Source: Mobula hypostoma (Eukaryota). Taken from it: DNA of 64,000 bases. Numbering within the stretch: the first letter of the stretch is position 1; each line of letters starts with the position of its first letter. The DNA is taken from positions 242,918,001 through 242,982,000 of the forward strand of contig NC_086097.1 of assembly GCF_963921235.1 (NCBI RefSeq). The letters are read 5' to 3'. This document shows, piece by piece, positions 53,459 through 64,000 of this stretch. Both the position numbers and the translations under genes were made by a program. The notes beneath the pieces were generated by a model. It did not search any database. It was given only the letters and a program-made list of their open reading frames with translations, and had not been told where the DNA came from.

Positions 53459-54227
53459 AAAGAGTACAGAGAAAATTTTACAAGGATGTTGCTGGGACTT
53501 GAGGACCTGAGGTACAGGGAAAGATGGAATCGGTTAGGACTTCATTCCCTGGAACATTGAAGATTAAGGGGAGATTTGATAGAGGTATATACAATTATGA
53601 GGGGTACAGTTAGGGTAAATGCAAACAGTTTTTTCCCCACTGAGGTTGGGTGGGACTACAACTAGAGGTCATGGGTTAATGGCGACAGGTGAACAGTTTA
53701 AGGGGAACATGAGGGGAAACGTCTTCACTCAGAGGGTTGTGCAAGTGTGAAAAGAGCTGCCAACAGAGGAGGTGCATGTGAGCTCAATTATAACACTTGA
53801 GAGATTAATGATGGTAGGGGTATGGAGGGCTATGGTCCCAATGCAGGTCGATGGGAGTAGGCAGTATAAATAGTTCGGTACAGACTAGATGATCTGAAGG
53901 GCCTGTTTCTGTGCTGTACTTTTCTATGACTCTAAATCATCAGGTTTTATTTTTAAACCCTATAATGATGCTGGACCTGCTGTGCTAACTCTAGCAACTT
54001 AAAAGTTTAATTTTAGATTTACTCAGCTTGTTAATGTAGTGAGTGTGGAAGTCCATTACTACTCCTGAAGAGACTGCATGTTTTAGGAGAAGCTTCTTCC
54101 CCTCTATTACCAGATATTTGAATGATCGATGAATGCTATCTCACAACGTTGCTCTTTTTATACTTCTTATTGAAACTTCATTTAATTTTTTTCCATGTAC
54201 TGCATTGGTGCAAAACAACAAATTTCA

Positions 54228-54728
54228 TGGCCACTTTATTAGGTACAGGAGTGGAACCCAATGTAGTCTTCTGCTGCTGTAGCCCATCCACTTCAAGGTT
54301 TGACATGTTGTGCATTCAAAGATGCCTTTCTGCAACACCACTGTTGTAACGTGTGGTTATTTGAGTTACTGTCGTCTTCCTGAGAACCAGTTTGGTCATT
54401 CTCTTCTGACCTCTCTCATTGACAAGGCATTTCTGACCTTAGACCAGCTTCTCACTGGATGATTTTGTGTTTTGTTTTGCACTGTCTCTGCAAACTCTAG
54501 AGACTGCAGTGCCTAGAAGTCCCAGGAAATCAGTTTCTGAGATGCTCTGGAACCAACAATCACTTCACAGTCGAAGTCACTCAGATCACGTTTCTTCCCC
54601 ATCCTGATGTTTGGTCTGAGCAACAGCTGAACCTCTTGACCATGTTTTGATATGTTGAATTGCTGCCACATGATTGGCTATTAGATATTTGCGATAACGA
54701 GCAGCTGTACCGAATAAAGTGGTCAGTC
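54228..54728 (-). mobile_element. Non-autonomous Tc1/mariner element, same family as 27618-28154
   Basis: TIRs TGGCCACTTTATTAGGTACA / TGTACCGAATAAAGTGGTCA. Confidence 0.75.
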
Positions 54729-55769
54729 AAAGCAGATTCTGATTCAATGCACCGGTGACTTTGGCCAACACGCTATCACAGGCAATGCGATTGGTTATGA
54801 GGACCAGGAATTAGATGTTAAATCTTGCTGCTTCCGATTTCCTTGCTTCAGCTGGAACTGCATGACCACACTATGCATCTTTTGTAACTCAGTGATCTTT
54901 GTGTCTTACACTGTACTGCAGCCACAAAACCTTAAATTTCACAACGTGTGTCAGTGACAAAAAAACCAGGATCTAAAGTTCAGTTAATGGCCAAGGTATT
55001 ATGAATGGTTAATCAAGAACAGTCATTCAAACATCAGAAATTGATTGGAGATCAGAGAGAGTGGGGGGGGGGGGACTAAGTATTTCACTATTTTTTGTGG
55101 GTGGTGGGGTGGAGATGATATGTCCCTACCAGGGAGATGTAAGACACTCCTCCCTTCCACTAGCCTGAAGATCACCCTTGGGCGAACTGTTAGCTACACC
55201 AGTCGGTGGAGGGTCGTATGAGCAGCCGGTGCAGATCACAAGTCCTGGTTAGGCGACCACTGACACCAGGCAGACAATCTCTGAAGAGTATTGACAATGG
55301 CTGGAGTCACCCACCTTGTAAAGACACTGCCCAAAAGGAGGCAATGGCAAACTAAAGAACAGTCATGGCCATGTCATGATACAACTCATAACGCTGATGG
55401 TGATGATGAATTTTAGTTGGAGGTAAATGATTTCACAGCAATTTCCTAAAGGACCTGGTGTTAGAATGTCACATCTACAACCTCTCACTCAATGCTAGCA
55501 AACTCAAAGAGCTGATTACGACTACAAGGAGTCCCTGAGCCAGTCCTCATGGGGGGGGGGGGTGGGGAGAGTTAAAAAAAAAGTTGAATGTGGAGAGGGT
55601 CTGTAACTTTGATTCCTTGTTGTTATCATATTAGAGGATCTGTCCTGGTACCAGCACGTAACCGCCATCACAAAGAAGGCACGACAGCATCGTTAATTTC
55701 TTAGAAGTTTGCACAAATTTGGCACATTACCTAAAATTTTGACAAACTTATGCACAGCGCAGAGTATAA

Positions 55770-58105
55770 AAACATAGAAGCATAGAAAGCCTACAGCACA
55801 TTATAGGCCCTTTGGCCCACAAAGCTGTACTTAGAGTTACCCAAAGCCCTCTATTTTTCTAAGCTCCATGTATCTATCCAGGAGTGTCTTAAAAGACCCT
55901 ATCATATCCGCCTCCACCACCGTCACTGGCAGCCCATTCCATGCACTCACCACTCTCTGCGTAAAATACTTACCCCTGACATCTTCTCTGTACCTACTTC
56001 CAAGCACATTAGAACTATGCCCTCTCGTGCTAGCCATTTCCACCCTAGGAAAACGCCTCTGACTGTCCACACGATCAATGCCTCTTCTCAACTTATACAC
56101 CTCTATCAGGTCACTTCTCATCCTCTGTCGCTCCAAGGAGAAAAGGCCGAGTTCATTCAACCTATTCTCATAAGGTATACTCCCCAATCCAGACAACATC
56201 CTTGTAAAACTCCTCTGCACCCTTTCTATGGTTTCCACATCCTTCCTATAGAAAGGCGACCAGAACTGAGCACAATACTCCAAGTGGGGTCTGACCAGGG
56301 TCCTAAATAGCTGCAACATTACCTCTCGGCTCCTAAACTCAATCCCACAATTGATGAAGGCCAATGCACCATATGCCTTCTTAACCACAGAGTCAATCTG
56401 CGCAGCAGCTTTGAGTGTCCTATGGACTCGAATCCCAAGATCCCTCTGATCCTCCACACTACCAAGAGTCTTACCATTAACACTATATTCTACCATCATA
56501 TTTGACCTACCAAAATGAACCACTTCACACTTATCTGGGTTGAACTCCATCTGCCACTTCTCAGCCCATTTTTGCATCATATCAACGTCCTGCTGTAACC
56601 TCTGACAACCCTCTACACTACACACAACAACCCCAACCTTTGTGTCATCAGCAAATTTACTAACACATCCCTCCACTTCCTCATCCAGGTCATTTATAAA
56701 AATCACGAAGAGTAAGGGTCCCAGAACAGATCCCTGAGGCACACCACTGGTGACTGACCTCCATGCAAAATATGACCCGTCTACAACCACTCTTTGCCTT
56801 CTGTGGGCAAGCCATTTCTGGATCCACATAGCAATTTCCCGTTGGATCCCATGCCTCCTTACTTTCTCAATAAGCCTTGCATGTGGTACCTTATCAAATG
56901 CCTTGCTAAAATCCATATACACTACATCTACGGTTCTACCTTCATCAATGTGTTTAGTCACATCCAGAAAAAATTCAATCAGGCTCATAAGGCATGACCT
57001 GCCTTTCACAAAGCCATGCTGACTATTCCTGATCATATTGTGCCTCTCCAAATGTTCATAAATCCTGCCTCTCAGGATCTTCTCCATCAACTTATCAACC
57101 ATTGAAGTAAGACTCACCGGTCTATAATTTCCTGGGCTATCGCTACTCCCTTTTTTGAATAATGGAACAACATCCGCAACCCTCCAATCCTCCGGAACCT
57201 CTCCCATCCCTATTGATGATGCAAAGATCATCGCCAGAGGCTCAGCAATCTCCTCCCTCACCTCCCACAGTTGCCTGGGGTACACCTGGTCCAGTCCTGG
57301 TGACTTATCCAACTTGATGCTTTCCAAATGCTCCTGTACATCCTCTTTCTTAATATCTACATATTCAAACTTTTCAGTCCACTGTAAGTCATCTCTACAA
57401 TTGCCAAGATCCTTTCCTGTAGTGAATACTGAAGCAAAGTACTCATTAAGTATCTCTACTATCTCCTCCGGTTCCATACACACTTTTCCACTGTCACACT
57501 TTATTGGTCTTGTTCTCTCATGTCTTATCCTCTTGCTCTTAACATATTTGTAGAATGCCTTGGGGTTTTCCTCAATCCTGTCTGCCAAGGCCTTCTCATT
57601 GTCTCTTCTGGCTCTCCTAATTTCCTTCTTGAGCTCCTTCCTGCTAACCTTATAATCTTCTAGATCTCTATCATTATCTAGTTCTTTGAACCTTTCGTAA
57701 GCTTTTCAGTTCTTCTTGACTAGGTTTACAACAGCCTTTGCACACCACGGTTCCTGTACCCTACCATGCTTTCCCTGTCTCTTTGGAACTCCATGCAAAT
57801 ATCCCCCGAACATTTGTCACATTTCTGCCATACATTTCCCTGAGAACATCTGCTCCCAATTTATGCTTCCAAGTTCCTACCTGATAGCCTCATATTTTCC
57901 CTTACTCCAATTAAACGTTTCCCTAACTTGTCTGTTCCTATCCCTTTCCAATGCTATGGTAAAGGAGATAGAATTGTGATCACTATCTCCAAAATGCTTT
58001 CCCACTGAGAGACCTGACACCTGACCAGGTTCATTTCCCAATACCAGATCAAGTACAGCCTCTCTCCTCTTGTAAGCTTATCTACATATTGTGTCAAGAA
58101 ACCTC
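55770..58105 (-). mobile_element. 5'-truncated CR1 with an open 583 aa RT frame (55837-57588), nested in a Rex fragment
   Basis: Complete RT motif series NYRPVSLTS, QHGF, DFSKAFD, GVPQGS, FADD; ttctatg tail. Confidence 0.95.
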
Positions 58106-60410
58106 CTGACTGATTGAATCACGGCCTGATAGGGAAACACCAATGCCCAGGAATGAAAATGTCTACACAAAGTGGTGGATATGGCCCAGCCCATCACAGG
58201 TAAAGCCGTTACTGTGCACATTTCTACCTAATTTTGATTTACAAGGAGCGCTGCCACAAGAAACAACATCCGTTATCAAGGACCCCCACCATCACGGCCA
58301 GGCTCCCTTCCCACTACTACCATTAGACAGGAGGCACAGGAGCCTTAGGTCCCACACCACCACGTTCAGGAACAGTCATTACCCTTTAACCATCAGGCTC
58401 CTGAACCAGCAGGGATAACTTCACTCACCTAGCACTGAACTGATTTTACTGTTCACTTTCAAGGACTCTACAACTCAGGGTTGTATACGGTGACGTACAA
58501 GTGCATTGATAATAATTCTACTCTGACTTTGAGCATTGTCTAATGGAAATACTTGGAAAATCAGATTCTAGCAAGTGCTGTCAAGCAGGAACAGTAAGCA
58601 AGGACATTGATTTTTCTTTCTAGTAAATATTTTTCCCCTCCCCCTTCTCTCCCCTTCCATTTCCACTCTCACCTCTCATCTCTTCTCCCCACTGGACTAT
58701 CATCTGCCCCTGGGGTTTCTTCTCCTTCCCCTTCTCCAATGGTCCACTCTCCTCTCCTGTCAGATTCCTTTTGGCTTCACCTATCACCTTCTCGCTATCC
58801 TGCCTCCCCTCCCCCTCCCCCCACCTTTTTATTCTCTGGCGCCTTCCCTCTTCCCTTCCAGATTTGAAGAAGCGTCAGGGCTCGATACGTCGACTGATTA
58901 TTCATTTCCAAAGATGCTGCCCGACCTGCCGAGTTCCTCCAGCATTTTGTGTGTGTTTGAAACAGTGCCTCCGGAAAGATGTCCACTTCACAAGATCAGA
59001 GTGGCTTGATACGAGGAAAATCTGTCTAAGAAAGGATTTTAAAAAAGCAAACACGATAGAGGGAGAGCTAATTAATATTAATATTAAATGACAAGAGAAC
59101 CTTCTTTCTTTAGCAGGAAGCTTAGTTACCCAGGGGCACAGAGATACAGGTTTTATGCACTGAAGTTATTAAATTTCATTCCATTTTTAATGTTATACAA
59201 ATCATTTTACTTTAAGCTTCAAAATCCACATGAAATAAAAATGATACAGAGTAAGTGCCTATATTCGATAGAGACAGAACAATACATTCTCATTAGAATC
59301 CAGAACATTAAAATTAGGCCTGGTTATGTATCATGGCATTAGGGGCAGCTTTTATATTCCGCTTTCAAGGCATGTCCACAAATGGAAATCGATTCTTCAC
59401 AGGGAGATTGGGCTTTCAGATCTCATACCCTTGGAGTTTATAACCCACCATCGCAAAACTTGGCAAGTAATTTCAAATCAAACTAACAAGCTATAATTAG
59501 GTTATTAGCGCTCCTTTCTTCAGTACTCATTAAAACCAATTTGCATACTTGTGTATGTTATTATCCAAGGCAAACTAATTGTAGCAATATTGTTTTGAAC
59601 TCTGGGAAAAGGAAACTATTATTTAGATAAACAAAAGTATAAATGCTTTATTACCATGATCAACAGAATTGCCTCGTTTCATTGTGAGGTCTAGAATACA
59701 ATTACTTTGCCTGTTTATACCAGCAAACACTTTTTAATACAAGGCCATAAGACACAGGAGCCGAATCAGACTATTCAGCCCCTCAAGTCTGCTCTGCCTG
59801 TCCATGATGGCTGATTTATTATCCCCCTCAACCCCATTCCCCTGCCTTCTCCCTGTAACCTTTGATACTCTGACCCATCAACCTCAGCTTTAAATATACC
59901 CAATGACTTGTCCTCCACAGCTATGTGTGGTAATGAATTCCACAGATTCACCACCCTCTGGCTGAAGAGATTCATCCTACTAAAGAGATGCCCTTCTAAT
60001 CTGAGGCTAGGCCCTCTGGTCCTAGACTCGCCCATTATTGGAAACATCCGCTCCATTTCCATTCTGTTCTGGCCTTTCAATATTCAAAAGCTTTCAATGA
60101 GATCCCCCATCATTCTCCTAAACTCTAGAGAGTACAGGCTGTGCCATCAAAAGCTCCACATAGGTAAATCCTTTCATTCCAGATTAAAGTGGGGTGATGT
60201 TGTGGAGACTAAATGCATAATAATCCATCTCTAATCTGTGACAACTGGATGTCTAACATTTTTATTAATCTCAGCAAGATTTTGAACTTATCAATTAGGC
60301 TCTATTTATTAGGCTATGAAAGTTACGTACTCAGTACTTTTCATTCTTGATAATGCAACTTTCAGGATGCTAAAGTCACACTTAAAACTTAGTGCAGTAT
60401 GATGTGGTAT

Positions 60411-60610
60411 TTGTTGTTTCTTTTTCACGTCTTTTGGCACATCAGGGAAAATTTTTGCCATTTCCGTGGTGTTTGATTGTTTCTTACAAGGCTGAGTTGC
60501 GAGCTTGACACTCAGCCCAGCGTGGAAAGCGCGCAAGGAGCTGGCTGGATTCGACCCTGGGACCATTCGCTTCGAAGACGGGTGGTAATGCCACTGCACC
60601 ACCGGCCAGC
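60411..60610 (-). mobile_element. tRNA-derived SINE with 13 bp TSD
   Basis: TSD tatgatgtggtat at 60398-60410 and 60611-60623. Same family as 12415-12650. Confidence 0.85.
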
Positions 60611-60784
60611 TATGATGTGGTATGGACTCACATAAATAGGTTCAGCTTTCAGATTCAATTGCTTAGAATCTGTAGATCAGATTATGTCTACAGCAAGACC
60701 ATGACTACATTTAGGTGTGGGCTTATTTATTTAGATTTACATAATGACATTTATTGATATATTTTATTACTTTATTACTTTATT

Positions 60785-61375
60785 GATGCCAAACAATTGA
60801 TACTAGAGCGTACAATCATCACAGCGATATTTGACTCTGCACTTTGCGCTCCCTGGAGTACAAATCGATAGTAAATATAATAAAAACTTAAATTATAAAT
60901 CATAAATAGAAAATAGAAAAGGTAGTGCAAAAAACCTAAGAGGCAGGTCCGGATATTTGGAGGGTACGGCCCAGATCCGGCTCAGGTTCCGTTAAGCAGT
61001 CTTATCACAGTCGGAAAGAAGCTGTTCCCCAATCTGGCCGTATGAGTCTTCAAGCTCCTGAGCCTTCTCCCGGAGGGACGAGGGACGAAAAGCGTGTTGG
61101 CTGGGTGGGTCGTGTCCTTGATTATCCTGGCAGCACTGCTCCAACAGCGTGCAGTGTAAAGTAAGTCCAAAGATGGAAGATTGGTTTGTGTGATGTGCTG
61201 CGCCGTGTTCACGATCTTCTGCAGCTTCTTCCGGTCTTGGACAGGACAACTTCCATACCAGGTTGTGATGCACCCTAAAAGAATGCTTTCTATGGTGCAT
61301 CTATAAAAATTAGTGAGGGTTTTAGGAGACAGGCCAAATTTCTTCAGCTTCTCAGGAAGTAAAGGCGTTGGTGGG
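60785..61375 (-). mobile_element. Rex1/Babar 3' fragment
   Basis: IIKDTTHPANTLF...SFFPTVIRLLN. Confidence 0.85.
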
Positions 61376-61619
61376 GCTTTCTATATATTTTTATATTATG
61401 CAGGAAGTACAGGAGCTTAAGGTCCAATACCACCTGGTTCAGGAACAATTATTACCCTACAACCTGTACCAGCATGGATAACTTCACTCACCTCCACTTT
61501 GAACTGATTCTACAACCTATAGACTTACTTTCAAGTACTCTACATCTCAAGTTCTCAGTATTGTTTGTTTGTTTATTCATTTTGCACAATTTATCTTCTG
61601 CACATTGATTCTTTGTCAT

Positions 61620-61860
61620 AAATACAAAAATTCTGTAGATGTTGGAAATCCAAAGCAACACAAACAAAATGCTAGAGGAACACAGCAGGTCAGGCAGCAT
61701 CGATGGAAGTGTATTAAGTGTCGATGTTTCAGGTTGACACCCTTCTTCAGGACTGGAAAGGAAAGGGGAGGAAGCCACAAAGAAACCACAAGTTATTTTG
61801 GCTTCTTCTCTTTTCCTTTCCTTTTCTGATGAAGGGTCTCAGCCCGAAACATCCATAGAT
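61620..61860. mobile_element. Degenerate fold-back Penelope repeat with two hammerhead-like cores
   Basis: CTGAAGA...GAAACATC on the minus strand (~61720-61755) and CTGATGA...GAAACATC on the plus strand (~61826-61853). Confidence 0.6.
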
Positions 61861-62304
61861 TCATTGTTGGTATTTTGTTTTTGACAAATTAACATAATAC
61901 TGCATTGAATTGTAATTATACAACTTGTCTTATTATTGATAATAATCTGGACCACATCAAAATAAAACTTTAGCCAGAGGGTGGTGAATCTGTGAAATTC
62001 ATTGCCACAGACGGCTGTGAGGCCAAGTCATTGGGTGTACTTAAAGAGGAGGTTGATCGTTTCTTGATTAGTAAGGGCATCAAAGGTTATGGGAAGAAGG
62101 TAGGAGAATGGGGATGACAGGGTTAGTAAATCACCCATGATGGAAAGGTGGAGCAAACTCAATGGGCTGAATGGCCTAATTCTGCTCCTATGTCTTATGG
62201 TCTTGTGGGGCATTCTGACTGGAATCCTTTGGCTTTGCATGCACTTTCTTCTCTTCAGTTCAAAGAGCAGACAGCTAACCTCAGTTGCATCCAGTTGAGC
62301 TTAC

Positions 62305-62480
62305 CTTCACTGACTCAGTTTCCAGCACATGAAGACTCTTTGAGGCGTCATTGGATTCCACAATCCTTAATGTCTTGTCATCATTTGAACTCAAGACCTC
62401 TGGATCACCCAGTACTTGTAGGCTTACATCTTCAGTACGGACTGCGTGTTCCACACCATTCTGGTTATTACAATGGACAG
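62305..62480 (-). CDS. SAMD12: SAMD12 coding exon (equivalent to exon 2), 176 nt, phase 1 to 0
   Basis: Acceptor cattttgcag|CT and donor GTGAAG|gtaagc. Encodes (A)VHCNNQNGVEHAVRTEDVSLQVLGDPEV...ETESVK, which resembles the SAMD12 N-terminus and splices in frame to the next exon. Confidence 0.85.
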
Positions 62481-62859
62481 CTGCAAAATGGAGATTTAAT
62501 AAAACAAATGTAAATATATCGCGGAAAAGCAAATTACATGGAAGTTAGCTTAAAGAAGAAAAAATTTCCAATGAATGCCCGTTGTGCAGAAATTGTGGAA
62601 ATCTCTCTGCATTCCCGCATAAAGGCATGGCAAAAGCAAGAATGCAGAGTGAACAAACACTGCAGAAACCAATAATTCAGCCAAGGTAGAATGGTGGATC
62701 AGACTAGATGGGCTGAATGGCCTAATTCTGCTCTCATGTCTTATGGCTGAAATCAAGTCATGTATTTAGTATATTTCGGGACATCTGAGGTCCTGGGTGA
62801 CCTTACACTTTGTTAAAGTCAACTTATTGGCAAAGGACATATATGTCAGCGTATACTAT

Positions 62860-64000
62860 AAGCCCATAAGATATAGGAGCAGAATTAGGCCATTCGGCCC
62901 ATCGAGTCTGATCACCAGTTCATTATAGCTGATTCAATTTTCCTTTCAGCCCCAATCTCCTACTTTTTTCCCCATATCCCTTCATGCCCTGACCAATCAA
63001 GAATCTATTTACCTCTGCCTTAAATATACATAAAGACTTGGCATTCACAGCTGCCTGTGCAAAGAATTCCACAGATTCACTGCTCTCTGGCTAAAGAAAT
63101 TTCTCATCTCCATACCAAAAGGATGCCCCTATATTCTGAGGCTGTGTCCTCTGGTCTTAGACTCCTCCACCACAGGAAACATCCTCTCCACATCCATTCT
63201 ATCGTGGCCTTTCACCATTCGATCAGCTTTAATGAGGTCTCAATTCTACTGAATACAGGCATATGACAAGCCATTCAATCCTGGAAGCATTTTCATGAAC
63301 CTCCTTTGACCCCTCTCCAGTTTCAGCACACTCTTCCTAAGATGATTTTACACTTGTGTTGGGCACGTGGCCAAGTGGTTAAGGCGTTCGTCTAGTGATC
63401 TGAAGGTCGCTAGTTTGAGCCTCAGCTGAGGCAACGTGTTTGTGTCCTTGAGCAAGGCACTTAATCACACATTGCTCTAGTCTGTGCAAGGAGTGGCGCC
63501 CCACACAGACTTCCAATCTGTGCCTTGTAAGGCATGAAAATGCCCAACACAGGCCTCCATGGTCTGAGTCGATGTTCCCTCCCTCTCCTTTCTAAGATAA
63601 GGGAACCAAAATTTCTTTCAGTGCCTCACCAGTGTTTTATAAAGTCTCAACATTATATCCTTGCTTTTATATCCTAGTCCTCTTGAAATGAATGCTAACC
63701 TTGCATTTGCCTTCCTCACCACTGACTCAACCTGCAAATGAACCTTCAGGCAATCCTGCACAAGGACCCTCAAGGATGCACCTCAGAATTTTGAATTTTC
63801 TCTCCATTTAGAAAATAGTCTATACCACCAAAGTACATGACCATACACTTCCCGACACTGTATTCCATCTGTCACTTCTTTGCCCATTCTCCTAATCTGC
63901 CTAAGTTCTTCGGAGGCCTCTCTACTTCCTCAAAACTATCTGCTCCTCCAACTATCTTCATATCATCTGCAAACTTTGCAACAAAGCCATCAATCGCATC
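62860..64000 (-). mobile_element. CR1 3' fragment running off the window edge
   Basis: GFVAKFADD at the right end; cttatg tail. Confidence 0.85.
63344..63590 (+). mobile_element. tRNA-derived CORE-like SINE nested in CR1
   Basis: A box tggccaagtgg; CORE-like gtgtccttgagcaaggcacttaa; ctaagat on both flanks. Confidence 0.7.

Noticed and set aside
55837..57588. Active or domesticated reverse transcriptase gene
   Set aside because: 5'-truncated CR1 lacking ORF1, a promoter and most of the endonuclease; the open frame is explained by recent insertion.

Overview
Vertebrate genomic DNA. The repeat families point to a cartilaginous fish, probably a ray; this is inferred, not shown. The only host gene I can support is SAMD12 on the minus strand, with three internal coding exons that have canonical AG/GT ends and compatible phases (62305-62480, 44316-44451, 32432-32572). 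Exon 1 lies beyond the right edge and the terminal exon is unresolved. Most of the rest is transposon-derived and often nested: CR1 LINEs (one near full length with an intact esterase ORF1), Rex1/Babar, L2 and RTE fragments, tRNA-derived SINEs, two solo LTRs, and hAT, PIF/Harbinger and Tc1 DNA elements. The most interesting signal is a family of non-coding Penelope-derived terminal repeats carrying a minimal hammerhead ribozyme (CUGANGA-A-stem II-GAAA-CG-UC). It occurs about 15 times, often as fold-back pairs with 10-15 bp target duplications. Hammerheads in Penelope-like elements are known in general; whether this fold-back family is described could not be checked. Repeat boundaries without TSDs are approximate.
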